From positions 65,664 through 129,663 of the forward strand of contig JBEKVT010000002.1 in assembly GCA_049997795.1 (NCBI GenBank): a DNA stretch of 64,000 nucleotides, read 5' to 3'. The notes under the pieces are model-generated. The model was not told the DNA's origin and made no database searches. It worked only from the letters and a program-made list of their open reading frames with translations. The DNA comes from Minisyncoccia bacterium (GTDB lineage: Bacteria > Patescibacteriota > Minisyncoccia > Phycocordibacterales > PALSA-1337). Shown one piece after another: positions 18,270 to 28,034 of the stretch (position 1 is its first letter; each line of letters opens with the position of its first letter). A program made the translations under genes and the position numbers.

Positions 18270-19550
18270 ATGACATACGCCGATATCGTCCGGCTCCTCG
18301 TTGGGAGCTTCCGATCTTCGCTCTGGCCGTCTACCCTGAATCATCTTATCTACGTCTCGCCGATCGTCCTGGCTATATGCCTGGGCGCGATCTTCTGGCA
18401 CGTCTGGGTCCGTTATGTCCGGCTCAAGCGATTCCTCGGCTCGAAATACACGGTGCTGGAGCTTCGGCTGCCGAAAGACACCTACAAGTCGCCGCTCGCC
18501 ATGGAGACCGTCCTGCACGCTATCCACAGCACTTCCGACGGCACCGCATACGACCAATACTGGAAGGGCAAGGTGAGAACTTGGTATTCGCTGGAGATCG
18601 TGTCCTTCGAGGGCCAGGTTAAATTCATGATATGGACCGAGGACGGCCGCAAGGCCAATCTGATGTCGGCCTTGTACGCGCAATATCCTGGCGTGGAGAT
18701 ATACGAACGGGATGATTACGCCAAGGCGGTCCAATTCGATCCAGAGAAGATAAAGATCTGGGCCGCTGAGTTCGAATTCACTAAGCCAGACCCGTATCCC
18801 ATCAAGACGTACGTGGATTTCGGCCTCGGCGACGATCCCAAGGAGGAATTTAAGGTGGATCCGCTGACGCACATAATCGAATGGATGGGGAGCCTAGGCC
18901 CGAACGAGGAAGTCTGGTTCCAATTCATCATCCGGGCCCACAAGAAGGACGCCCGGAAGCCCGGCCACATCTTCAAGAAGACCGACCGCTGGAAAGACCA
19001 GGCGGAGGAGGAAGTGAACACGATCTTGATGCGCAAAAAGGGCACCAAGACGGCCGCAGGAGAGCCGGATCCTGATACCGGCTATACCAAGATGCCCATC
19101 ATATCCAAGGGCGAGCAGGAGATCGTGGCGGCCCTGGAACGTAGCGTGACCAAGCTCCCGTTCGACGTCTGCGTGCGCACCTTGTACATCGCCGAAAAGG
19201 AAGCTTTTGACACGGCTTTCGGCGCCGGCGGGTGCATCTCCTGCATGAAGCAATTCAATACCGAGCACCTGAACGGCTTCAGGCCGAACGGCAAGATATA
19301 CCACAACAGGCTATCCGGCGTGCCGTGGGAAGACTACAAAGGCCTCCGGGAGAACCGCTTCAGCCGGCAGGCGCTCATGGCTTACCGCCGGCGTTCGGCT
19401 TTCTATCCGCCGTACAAGACGAGAACCTTGGTCTTGAATACCGAGGAGCTCGCGACTATATACCACCTGCCCGGCTCCGTGTCCGCCACACCGGGCCTCG
19501 AGCGCGTGCCTTCGAAGAAGGCCCAGGCACCGACCAATCTGCCGGTGTAA
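18270..19550 (+). CDS. Conserved CPR membrane-anchored hypothetical protein
   Basis: N-terminal TM; LELRLPKD...SPLAME, YSLEIVS, YPIKTY, LNTEELATIYHLP...P.NLP; resembles by recollection N-terminal partners of CPR VirD4/TraG-like ATPases. Confidence 0.7.
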   Translation: MTYADIVRLLVGSFRSSLWPSTLNHLIYVSPIVLAICLGAIFWHVWVRYVRLKRFLGSKYTVLELRLPKDTYKSPLAMETVLHAIHSTSDGTAYDQYWKGKVRTWYSLEIVSFEGQVKFMIWTEDGRKANLMSALYAQYPGVEIYERDDYAKAVQFDPEKIKIWAAEFEFTKPDPYPIKTYVDFGLGDDPKEEFKVDPLTHIIEWMGSLGPNEEVWFQFIIRAHKKDARKPGHIFKKTDRWKDQAEEEVNTILMRKKGTKTAAGEPDPDTGYTKMPIISKGEQEIVAALERSVTKLPFDVCVRTLYIAEKEAFDTAFGAGGCISCMKQFNTEHLNGFRPNGKIYHNRLSGVPWEDYKGLRENRFSRQALMAYRRRSAFYPPYKTRTLVLNTEELATIYHLPGSVSATPGLERVPSKKAQAPTNLPV

Positions 19551-19551
19551 C

Positions 19552-20562
19552 ATGGAACAGCATTTCATCGATCCGTCGCGCCCGATCGCCGCGCCATCTT
19601 CGGGCTTTTCCCGCACGGCCTGGGCCGTCTGCCTCGTCGTCGCGTTCGCCGCCGTCTCGGGCGGCATCATCGTCCTGGATTCGGCCGCTCCGGCCGATTT
19701 TCCGAGCGGCACGGTCGTATCCATAGAGAACGGCCTCACCCTCGACCAGACCGCCGGCCTCTTAGCGGCCAAGGGGATCATCCGTTCCGCCTTCCTGTAC
19801 AAGGTCTATTCGGTCTTCCTCGAGGGGGGCACCACCGGCGTCAAGACCGGCGATTATCTCTTCGACGCTCCCCAGTCCGCTCTACGCGTGGCATATCGGA
19901 CGGCGCGTGGTCTTGAAGGGTTTCCGACGGTGAAAGTGACCATACCGGAGGGCAGCGATTCGACGGACATGGCTGGGGTGATATCCAAAGCCATCCCCGG
20001 TTTCGACGCCGCCGGCTGGAAGAAGCTGGCCGCGCCCGAAGAAGGATACCTCTTTCCGGATACGTACCTTTGGGCCGTCAATATCAAACCTGACCAGGCC
20101 GTCGCCGACATGAGGGGGGTCTTCGACACCAAAATCCGATCTATCGGCAATGACCTGTCCGCCTTCGGCAAGCCATTGAAAGACGTCGTGGCCATGGCCT
20201 CGATCATCGAAAAAGAAGCGACTTCGAGCGCCGACCGGCGCATCGTCGCCGGCATCCTCTGGAAGCGCCTCTCGATCGGCATGGCTCTACAGGTCGACCC
20301 GCCGTTCTATTATTTCCTGGATAAGCGTCCGGACCAGTTGACGCTCGACGATCTGAAGATCGAATCGCCTTATAATCTCTATCTGCATACGGGGTTGCCG
20401 CCGACGCCGATAGACAGCCCGGGCCTGGATGCCATCATCGATACTATCCATTCTTCTACGACGACCCCATACTGGTTCTATCTCTCCGGTAAAGACGGCT
20501 CTATGCATTACGCCACTGATCTGGACGGACACAACGCCAATAAAGCAAAATATCTGAATTGA
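19552..20562 (+). CDS. mltG: Endolytic transglycosylase MltG
   Basis: VTIPEG, EGYLFPDTY, MASIIEKE, SPYNLY...GLPPTPIDSPG. Confidence 0.93.
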   Translation: MEQHFIDPSRPIAAPSSGFSRTAWAVCLVVAFAAVSGGIIVLDSAAPADFPSGTVVSIENGLTLDQTAGLLAAKGIIRSAFLYKVYSVFLEGGTTGVKTGDYLFDAPQSALRVAYRTARGLEGFPTVKVTIPEGSDSTDMAGVISKAIPGFDAAGWKKLAAPEEGYLFPDTYLWAVNIKPDQAVADMRGVFDTKIRSIGNDLSAFGKPLKDVVAMASIIEKEATSSADRRIVAGILWKRLSIGMALQVDPPFYYFLDKRPDQLTLDDLKIESPYNLYLHTGLPPTPIDSPGLDAIIDTIHSSTTTPYWFYLSGKDGSMHYATDLDGHNANKAKYLN

Positions 20563-21635
20563 GAGCTTCCCCGGGAAAAACCAATAAAAACGTATTCGTC
20601 GGCATGTCCGGCGGAGTGGATTCATCCGTCTCGGCGGCCCTGCTCAAAAAGGCCGGCAACGATGTTACCGGCGTCTTCATGAAGGTCTGGCAGCCGGATT
20701 GGCTCGAGTGCGATTGGAAAGAAGAACGGCTGGACGCCATGCGCGCGGCGGCTCACATCGGCATCCCGTTCGTGACGCTCGACCTCCAAAAAGAATACAA
20801 GGAAGGCGTCATCGATTACATGATCTCAGAATACAAGGCCGGCCGGACGCCGAATCCTGACGTCGCGTGCAACAGGGAAGTGAAGTTCGGCGCTTTCTGG
20901 AAGTGGGCCAAAGGACAAGGCGCCGATCTTATCGCCACAGGGCATTATGCCAGGAATAAGGATGATCGCCTGTTCGTCTCAAAAGACACGAACAAGGACC
21001 AGACTTATTTTCTCTGGACGCTGACTAAGGATGATCTGAAACATATCCTATTCCCGATCGGCGGCATGACCAAGCCGGAGGTGCGTAAGCTCGCCAAAGA
21101 TCTCAAATTGCCTAACGCCGACAAGAAAGACAGCCAGGGCCTCTGCTTCATCGGTAAGGTCGATCTGAAGGGATTCCTAAGACATTACATCAGGGCCGAA
21201 CCGGGCGAAGTATTGAGTGAAAACGGAGAGGTCATCGGCAAGCATCCCGGCGCTTTGCTGTTCACGATAGGCGAGCGCCGCGGCTTCACCATCACCAAGA
21301 AGACGCCGGCCGACGCGCCGTATTTTGTAATCGGAAAAGATGTCGAGCACAACATCATCACGGTCTCGAATAAGAGCGCGGACAATTCATTATCCGGCGC
21401 AAAGAAGGTCGTTGAGATTTCCAGGATTAATTGGATATCGGGCGCGCCGGAGCCTGGCAGGCCGCTTAAGGCCAGGAGCCGCTATCGCGAGACTCTTCAG
21501 GGCGCAAAAGCCTCTTCGACGAGCGGCGATAAGGCTACGATAGAATTCGACGAGCCGCAGAGCACTTTGACGCCCGGCCAGTCGCTGGTCATATACGACG
21601 GCGGCGAATGCCTGGGCGGCGGAATCATTGTATAA
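20559..21635 (+). CDS. mnmA: tRNA 2-thiouridylase MnmA
   Basis: GMSGGVDSSV, TPNPDVACNREVKF, ATGHYA, KDQTYFL, DSQGLCF; exact start uncertain. Confidence 0.96.
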   Translation: MRASPGKTNKNVFVGMSGGVDSSVSAALLKKAGNDVTGVFMKVWQPDWLECDWKEERLDAMRAAAHIGIPFVTLDLQKEYKEGVIDYMISEYKAGRTPNPDVACNREVKFGAFWKWAKGQGADLIATGHYARNKDDRLFVSKDTNKDQTYFLWTLTKDDLKHILFPIGGMTKPEVRKLAKDLKLPNADKKDSQGLCFIGKVDLKGFLRHYIRAEPGEVLSENGEVIGKHPGALLFTIGERRGFTITKKTPADAPYFVIGKDVEHNIITVSNKSADNSLSGAKKVVEISRINWISGAPEPGRPLKARSRYRETLQGAKASSTSGDKATIEFDEPQSTLTPGQSLVIYDGGECLGGGIIV

Positions 21636-21643
21636 TCCTTCGC

Positions 21644-22495
21644 ATGGACCGCCCCATCTCCGTCACCAAGTCCGACGGCACCAAACAGCTCTTCGACGAG
21701 GAGAAGCTCGTCAATTCTCTGAGGCGCGTCGGGGCTTCGGCCGGAGCCATCGATGAGATCACGGATGAGATAGAGAAGGAGATGTGGGACGGCATGCCGA
21801 CCACCGACATCTACAGCCGAGCCTTCAACCTCCTCAAGAAGCACCATCATCCGACGGCGGTCAAATATTCGGTCCGCCGGGCCCTGTTCGAGCTCGGGCC
21901 GGACGGCTTCCCGTTCGAGAAGTTCGTGGCGCGCATCTTCAGGCTCTGGGGCTACGAGGCGGTGACCGATCAGACGCTCACGGGCACGTGCGTCGAGCAT
22001 GAGGTCGACGTGGTGGCCTGGAAAGGGGACGAGCTTGCCATGGCCGAAGCCAAGTTCCACAATGTTTTCGGCCTGAAATCCGATCTGAAAGTGGCCCTCT
22101 ACGTCAAGGCCAGGTTCGACGATCTCACCGAGACGATCTTCGATTTCGGCGGCCGGGAGCGCAAACTCTCGCCAACCGGGCATTATCTTGTGACCAATAC
22201 CAAGTTCACCGACTCGGCCGTGAAGTACGGCGAATGCAAGGATTTGAAGATGATCGGCTGGAACTATCCGGCGAAAGGCAGCCTACACAAGATCATCGAG
22301 GAGAACGGCTTGCATCCCGTCACCTGCCTGACCTCGCTCTCGCATCAGGAGAAAAGGGACGTCATCGGCCGCGGCGTCCTGACTTGCGTCGATCTCATAG
22401 GGACCCCCGCCGTTCTGAAAGACGCTGGCGTGAAGGGCGAAGCGGCTGAAAAAGTCCTGACCGAAGCCGAGCTTATCGTCGAACAGGCGAAGTAA
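21644..22495 (+). CDS. ATP-cone + Mrr-like PD-(D/E)XK nuclease fusion
   Basis: VTKSDGTKQLFDEEKLVNSL (ATP cone); GFPFEKFVARIF...HEVDVVA...AEAKFHN (restriction-endonuclease-like). Confidence 0.82.
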   Translation: MDRPISVTKSDGTKQLFDEEKLVNSLRRVGASAGAIDEITDEIEKEMWDGMPTTDIYSRAFNLLKKHHHPTAVKYSVRRALFELGPDGFPFEKFVARIFRLWGYEAVTDQTLTGTCVEHEVDVVAWKGDELAMAEAKFHNVFGLKSDLKVALYVKARFDDLTETIFDFGGRERKLSPTGHYLVTNTKFTDSAVKYGECKDLKMIGWNYPAKGSLHKIIEENGLHPVTCLTSLSHQEKRDVIGRGVLTCVDLIGTPAVLKDAGVKGEAAEKVLTEAELIVEQAK

Positions 22496-22502
22496 TCCCA
22501 TC

Positions 22503-23096
22503 ATGGCCAAATACGACGAGATGAAGAAGATCCGCGACGAGCTTCTCAACTTCAAGGATTCGCCGCTTTACGAGTACCGCACGGGGAGCGGGTTCTTCCC
22601 GGTCATCGGCGAAGGCAGCCACGACGCCAAGATCATGTTCGTCGGCGAAGCCCCCGGCCTGAACGAGGCCAGGACGGGCCGGCCTTTCTGCGGAGCGGCG
22701 GGCAAGCTCCTGGACGAGCTCATCGCCGGCATCGGCCTGAAGCGGGGAGAGGTCTACATCACCAACGTCGTCAAGGATCGGCCGCCGGAGAACCGCGATC
22801 CGACGCCGGAAGAGATAGAGCTGTACGCCCCGTTCCTGGACCGGCAGATCGAGATTATCCAGCCGAGGGTCGTCGCCACCCTGGGGCGTTATTCGATGAA
22901 TTACGTCATGAGGAAGTTCGGCCTCGACTTCGAGCTCGAGCCGATCGGCAAGATCCACGGTAAGTCGTTCGATGCCACGGCTTCATATGGCCCGCTATCG
23001 ATAGTCACCCTGTACCATCCGGCTGCCGCGCTATACAACGGCTCCATGCGCGAGATCATGAAGAACGATTTCGAGATTTTGAAGAAGTTCGAGTGA
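22503..23096 (+). CDS. udg: Uracil-DNA glycosylase, family 4
   Basis: FVGEAPG...GRPFCGAAG, YITNVVKDRPPENRDP, YHPAAALY. Confidence 0.93.
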   Translation: MAKYDEMKKIRDELLNFKDSPLYEYRTGSGFFPVIGEGSHDAKIMFVGEAPGLNEARTGRPFCGAAGKLLDELIAGIGLKRGEVYITNVVKDRPPENRDPTPEEIELYAPFLDRQIEIIQPRVVATLGRYSMNYVMRKFGLDFELEPIGKIHGKSFDATASYGPLSIVTLYHPAAALYNGSMREIMKNDFEILKKFE

Positions 23097-23101
23097 GACG
23101 C

Positions 23102-23131
23102 TTGACAGAATTACATTATATATGCTACACT
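23102..23131 (+). promoter_or_regulatory. Sigma70 promoter
   Basis: TTGACA-N18-TACACT with TG extension. Confidence 0.7.
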
Positions 23132-23137
23132 TTAAGC

Positions 23138-23279
23138 AAGCTTAAATGTGGGGAAGGTAACTAATAAGGTTGCCAGGTGGGAAGGTAAACCCACTGTCCA
23201 TAAAAAAGCGAAAGGGGGGTCCTAAAGGCTTTCCCCATAGAATTCCCCCCGGCAGGCGCGTCTGTCGGGGTTTTCTTTT
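23138..23279 (+). ncRNA. Candidate stand-alone structured small RNA
   Basis: Own promoter and terminator; 11-bp closing stem (23147-23157 with 23229-23239); two internal hairpins; no ORF longer than a few codons from a canonical start. Confidence 0.45.
23247..23279 (+). terminator. Intrinsic terminator
   Basis: CCCCGGCAGGC..GTCTGTCGGGG followed by TTTTCTTTT. Confidence 0.8.
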
Positions 23280-23333
23280 AAAAAATCGGATTAAATCGTG
23301 GCTGAATGATTGATTATCTGCTATATTTCTCGC

Positions 23334-25139
23334 ATGAATTCAGCTGAGATCCGCAGGCGATTCCTGGCCTTCTTCGAAAAGCGCGGCCATGCGGTCATCC
23401 CGTCGGCCTCATTGGTAACTTCCGACGAGAAGGGGGTAACGAACCCGACTCTTTTCAACACGGCCGGCATGCAGCCCTTGATCCCGTTCCTTTTGGGCAA
23501 ACCGCATCCCCTTGGTAATCGCCTTGTCGACATCCAGAAATGCTTGCGTACCGTCGATCTCGACGACGTCGGCGACGCCATCCACGCCACGTTCTTCGAG
23601 ATGCTCGGCAACTGGTCGCTCGGCGATTATTTCAAGAAAGAAGCCATAAATTGGAGCTATGAATTCTTGACCGACAAGAATGAGGGCCTGGGTCTCGATC
23701 CGAAGCGGCTTTACATAACCGTCTTCGAGGGCGACGCCAATGCGCCCAAGGACGACGAGGCCGCGGACATCTGGCGCGAGGTCTTCAAGAAGAACGGGGT
23801 GGATGCCGACGGCCGGATCTTCTTCATGGGAGCGGACAAGAATTGGTGGGAGGCCGGCGAGAACGGCCCATGCGGACCGGACACGGAGATGTACTACGAC
23901 ATCAAAGGCAAGCATGGCGGCAATGGCATCACCAAAGAACAATTCCTCGCCGGCGACGAAGCTCGCGAAATCGTCGAGGTCTGGAACGACGTCTTCATGC
24001 AGTACGAGAAGAAAGACGACAAAGTCGTCGGCAAGCTGGCCAAGCCGTCCGTCGACACCGGCGCCGGCTTGGAGCGCATGGCCATGACTATGCAGAACGT
24101 GGACAGCATCTATGACATCGATTCGTTGAGGCTGGTGATGGAGAGAATCAAAGAATTTTCCAAGAATTGGGATCTGAGATCCGCTAGGATCATGGTAGAT
24201 CACACGCGAGCATCGATTTTTCTAATAGCCGACGGGATAACTCCATCAAATGTTGATAGAGGGTATGTATTGCGCAAACTTATTCGGAGGGCAGTTCGAT
24301 ATTCGGACAAACTCGGCATCGAGTGGATAGAACAGGCGGGAGAAAAAGATTTAATCAAACCGATCGTAAGCGCATATAAAGATATATATCCGGAGATGCG
24401 GAATGAGGCCAACATACGTTCAGTTCTCCTTAAAGAAGAGACCAGATTTCGAGAGACCATCAAACTTGGCCTGAAAGAATTCGAAAAAGGCGTCGACGCT
24501 TTCACTCTCTTCTCGAGCTACGGCTTCCCGCTGGAGCTGACGCTCGAGCTCGCAAAAGAAAAGGGGGTAAAAGTGGACATCGAAGATTTCGAGAAAAAAT
24601 TTAAGGCTCACCAGGAGCTCTCCCGCGCCGGCGCCGAGCAGAGATTCAAGGGCGGTTTGGCGGACGCGAGCGACGAAATGGTGGTCAGGTACCACACGGC
24701 CACGCACCTTTTGCATCAGGCTCTGCACGACGTCCTGGGCGAGAGCGTCGGCCAGAAAGGCTCGAATATAACGCCGGAAAGGCTGCGGTTCGACTTCTCG
24801 CACGGCACCAAGATGACGGACGAGGAGAAAAAGCGGGTCGAAGACATCGTCAATGGGAAGATCGCCGCGGCGATACCGGTCAACCAAGCCATAATGCCGC
24901 GCGCAGAGGCGGAAAAAACAGGGGCAAGGCATTTCTTCGGGGAGAAATACGGCGACCAGATATCCATCTATTTCATCGGTGACGACCTTCGGTCCGCGTA
25001 TTCGAAAGAATTCTGCGGCGGACCGCACGTCAAGAACACGCGGGAATTGGCCGGCCCGGAAGGGAAGTGGCGGTTCAAGATCCAAAAAGAAGAGGCGGTG
25101 GCCCAGGGCGTCCGGAGGATAAGGGCGGTCTTAGGATGA
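23334..25139 (+). CDS. alaS: Alanine--tRNA ligase (short form lacking the C-Ala domain)
   Basis: LFNTAGMQP, HATFFEMLGNWS, GPCGPDTE, VDTGAGLER, HTATHLL, EFCGGPHV. Confidence 0.96.
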   Translation: MNSAEIRRRFLAFFEKRGHAVIPSASLVTSDEKGVTNPTLFNTAGMQPLIPFLLGKPHPLGNRLVDIQKCLRTVDLDDVGDAIHATFFEMLGNWSLGDYFKKEAINWSYEFLTDKNEGLGLDPKRLYITVFEGDANAPKDDEAADIWREVFKKNGVDADGRIFFMGADKNWWEAGENGPCGPDTEMYYDIKGKHGGNGITKEQFLAGDEAREIVEVWNDVFMQYEKKDDKVVGKLAKPSVDTGAGLERMAMTMQNVDSIYDIDSLRLVMERIKEFSKNWDLRSARIMVDHTRASIFLIADGITPSNVDRGYVLRKLIRRAVRYSDKLGIEWIEQAGEKDLIKPIVSAYKDIYPEMRNEANIRSVLLKEETRFRETIKLGLKEFEKGVDAFTLFSSYGFPLELTLELAKEKGVKVDIEDFEKKFKAHQELSRAGAEQRFKGGLADASDEMVVRYHTATHLLHQALHDVLGESVGQKGSNITPERLRFDFSHGTKMTDEEKKRVEDIVNGKIAAAIPVNQAIMPRAEAEKTGARHFFGEKYGDQISIYFIGDDLRSAYSKEFCGGPHVKNTRELAGPEGKWRFKIQKEEAVAQGVRRIRAVLG

Positions 25140-25160
25140 GGCCTGTGCTATAATTCGGTC

Positions 25161-26324
25161 ATGCTCTTCTCTCATAAAAAGGAGGGAAAGATCGTTCTGA
25201 TGCTCGAGATCCAGAGCTCGCTTACGCGCGGCTCGCTCGTCTGGTTCCGTTCCGGAAGGCCTCCCATGGTCCTTTCGACCGACAGCCGCGCCGTCCCGTA
25301 CAAATCGGACGTCGACACCTCTTATTTCATCAAGACGACCATGCAGGTCCTCGCCGAGACGATCGACGATGCCCTCCGGCGCCTTGCCAGCCTCAAGACG
25401 GAAGAGAACAGGAGGATGGGGATGCCACGGGCCGTCAAAGAGGCTCATTACGTCCTTTCTTCGCCCTGGATAGCTTCCCAAGCCAGGTCTCTCTCCTTGT
25501 CGTTCCACAAGGATACCGCCATAACCGGAGACAAGGTGGCTGGGATCCTGGACGCCGAGAGGGCCGCCCTAGCGCCGGAAGGCAGCGCCATCCTGGAAGC
25601 CATAGAGGAAAAGATATTCGACGTGCGCCTGAACGGCTATTCGGTCTCGGCCTGGCGCGGCAAACAGGCCCGCGAGCTCGGGATCTCATACGCCGTCTCC
25701 GTCTGCGGCGCCGACACGACCAGGCGCCTCCGGAGGGCCTGCGAACGGGCCGTGAAGCCGGCCGACGTGCATTTCCATTCGTCGCTCCTCCTGCAATACG
25801 TCGGCTTGTGCAAGGCCATGCCGGCACGCGACTCTTATATCTTGATCCACGTCCACGGCGAGCTGACCGACGCAGTGGTTGTGAAAGACGGCTCTTGCGT
25901 CTTCTTCGGCTCTTATCCGATGGGGACCAACACGGTCGTGAGGAAAATCGCTAAGGCAGCCAAGACGGACGTGGAGATAGCCGATTCGCTCCTTACGCTC
26001 TATTTGAGCGACAAGTTTGACAGAGAGCACGGAAAGCAAGCCGAGAAGATCATGGAAGAGATGTCCGCCGGCTGGAGCGGGGAATTCAAGAAGCTCTTCA
26101 AAGACAGCCCCCTCGCGGAGTCCATGCCGACGGAGGCGATCATGGCCGCCCGCGCCCACGAGGATTTCTTCCTGAGAAGCTTCAGCGCCGCGTATCCGGG
26201 GATCCGCTTGCAGACCCTGTCGATCGAAGACATCTCGCCGCTCATCGAATTCGACGCCCCGGCCGAGCTGAAACGCGTCGTCGGCCTTTACGCCCTGGCT
26301 ATTAACAGCCTGAAAAAGGACTGA
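25161..26324 (+). CDS. Divergent FtsA/PilM-like actin-fold protein
   Basis: LEIQSS N-terminal strand, RLNGY, IHVHGELTDAVVVKDG...SYPMG pattern; degenerate nucleotide-binding motifs. Confidence 0.55.
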   Translation: MLFSHKKEGKIVLMLEIQSSLTRGSLVWFRSGRPPMVLSTDSRAVPYKSDVDTSYFIKTTMQVLAETIDDALRRLASLKTEENRRMGMPRAVKEAHYVLSSPWIASQARSLSLSFHKDTAITGDKVAGILDAERAALAPEGSAILEAIEEKIFDVRLNGYSVSAWRGKQARELGISYAVSVCGADTTRRLRRACERAVKPADVHFHSSLLLQYVGLCKAMPARDSYILIHVHGELTDAVVVKDGSCVFFGSYPMGTNTVVRKIAKAAKTDVEIADSLLTLYLSDKFDREHGKQAEKIMEEMSAGWSGEFKKLFKDSPLAESMPTEAIMAARAHEDFFLRSFSAAYPGIRLQTLSIEDISPLIEFDAPAELKRVVGLYALAINSLKKD

Positions 26325-26358
26325 TGACCGGGGCGTTATGTGATATCATGTAAGGAAC

Positions 26359-27735
26359 ATGCCTCGCCGCGTAGTAGAAGACATCGTCCTGAACGACCGG
26401 CGCTCGATCCGGGACATACCGATCGAGCGGGAACGGGAAAAACACAAGGCCGGACAGGCTGAAAAGGCTAAAGGGCAGCACCATCAGCCGGAAGGAACCG
26501 AGGAGATCCCCATCCATCGCATGCACGTGACGCCGCCCATGCCTCCGAAGCCGCGGCCTTTCCGGAAAAGCGGCTGGATGCTGGCTCTCGCGGCGCTTTC
26601 AGTCGTGATCCTGGCCGCCATAGCGGCTTATTCCTCTTCCATCTACTTCTCGCGAGCCATCTTCAACATCGTGGCCGTCTCGATGGACGTGCCGGTAGAC
26701 AATGTCACCATCGTGGCCGTAGGGACAACCACTCCCGGATATCTAACGTACAAGACCGAGGAGTTCAAGGGCTCGGCTTCGGCGGTCGTGCCGGCTTCAG
26801 ACGGTCCCTACGTCTCGACCAAAGCGACGGGCAGCGTCGCTCTGTACAATGCCTATTCGTCTCTACCGCAGAGGTTCATCGCCGGCACGCGCCTGGCTAA
26901 CGATTCGGGCCTCATATACCGTCTCGCCGGATCGGTCGTCATACCGGGATACACGGTCGCAAATGGCGTGACGATCCCGGGGAAGGCCGGCGCGGCCATC
27001 GTGGCCGATGCTGCCGGAGCATCCTACAACATCTCAGGGAGCGATGCCCTCTCCGACTTCAAGATCGTCGCTTACAAGGGCACGCCGCGCTACAGCAGCT
27101 TCTATGGGAGGCTTGTCTCCGACGTCTCAGGCGGGTTCGTCGGCCGGAAGAAGATAGTGAGCCAAGACGCGATCTCGACCACCACCGCGGAGCTCCGGAC
27201 AGCCATCACGACCAGGCTTCTCGCGGAAGCCAAGGCGGTGGTGCCGGCCGGATACATCATGTACGACACCGGCTATACGGCCTCATTCTCGGCACCGGTC
27301 GTAAGCGGCGAGGCGACAGGGACGGCCTCGATCGCCATCAACGGGACGCTTTACGGCGTTATTTTCCGGCAGACCGACCTCGTGGCCAAGCTCGACAAGG
27401 AACAAAAGCGGCTGGCCTTCGGAGGCCTGGCCTACGCGACCCTCGGTCTGGAATCGCTGTCTTTCTCTATCTCCAATCCAAAAGATTTCTCCCCGATGAA
27501 AGGCAATACTCTCATCGCCCGTCTGAACGGCAACGTCCGGCTCGTCGGCACAGTGCCGGTCCAAGAATTGAAGAAGAGGCTAGCCGGCCTGCCGCTTTCC
27601 GAGACGCAGAGCGTCTTGCAGTCCTACAGCCGGGTCATAGACGTCGCCAGAAGCTCCGGGGAGCTGTCCCCGTCATGGGCTGCTTCGGTGCCGAGGGATT
27701 TGAGCCGCATCTCGGTCACCCTGAACGGCCAGTGA
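26359..27735 (+). CDS. Membrane-anchored protein with baseplate-J-like extracellular domain
   Basis: Single TM; KATGSVALYNAYS...AGTRL...VVIPG...ADAAGASYNI...SGGFVG pattern. Confidence 0.65.
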   Translation: MPRRVVEDIVLNDRRSIRDIPIEREREKHKAGQAEKAKGQHHQPEGTEEIPIHRMHVTPPMPPKPRPFRKSGWMLALAALSVVILAAIAAYSSSIYFSRAIFNIVAVSMDVPVDNVTIVAVGTTTPGYLTYKTEEFKGSASAVVPASDGPYVSTKATGSVALYNAYSSLPQRFIAGTRLANDSGLIYRLAGSVVIPGYTVANGVTIPGKAGAAIVADAAGASYNISGSDALSDFKIVAYKGTPRYSSFYGRLVSDVSGGFVGRKKIVSQDAISTTTAELRTAITTRLLAEAKAVVPAGYIMYDTGYTASFSAPVVSGEATGTASIAINGTLYGVIFRQTDLVAKLDKEQKRLAFGGLAYATLGLESLSFSISNPKDFSPMKGNTLIARLNGNVRLVGTVPVQELKKRLAGLPLSETQSVLQSYSRVIDVARSSGELSPSWAASVPRDLSRISVTLNGQ

Positions 27736-27810
27736 TAAAAACGCCTATATTCAGGCGCTATTGACTAGATAAGGCCTTATTTGCTAGGATTCAAAAACGC
27801 GTTCATACGC

Positions 27811-28032
27811 ATGGATACCGCCCCAGAGCCGAAGAATACAGCCACCGGCACCGTTACAGAAGCGTTGCCGGATACGCTATTCCGTGTGACGCTTGAAGGA
27901 ACGGATTCGGTCCTTCTGGCATATCTCTCCGGCAAGATGAGGATGAACCGGATCCGGGTGCTTGTCGGAGACCGGGTGGAGCTCACGCAAGATCCGTACG
28001 GCGGCAGAGCGCGCATCATAAGACGTTTATAA
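27811..28032 (+). CDS. infA: Translation initiation factor IF-1
   Basis: [14 protein letters not shown]...[21 protein letters not shown]. Confidence 0.96.
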   Translation: MDTAPEPKNTATGTVTEALPDTLFRVTLEGTDSVLLAYLSGKMRMNRIRVLVGDRVELTQDPYGGRARIIRRL

Positions 28033-28034
28033 CC

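Noticed and set aside
23138-23333. T-box riboswitch upstream of alaS
   Set aside because: No T-box consensus (GGTGGNACCGCG) or recognisable Stem I; alaS has its own adjacent -10 box
26359-27735. Prophage or tailocin suggested by the baseplate-J-like domain
   Set aside because: No other phage structural genes; membrane-anchored and embedded among housekeeping genes
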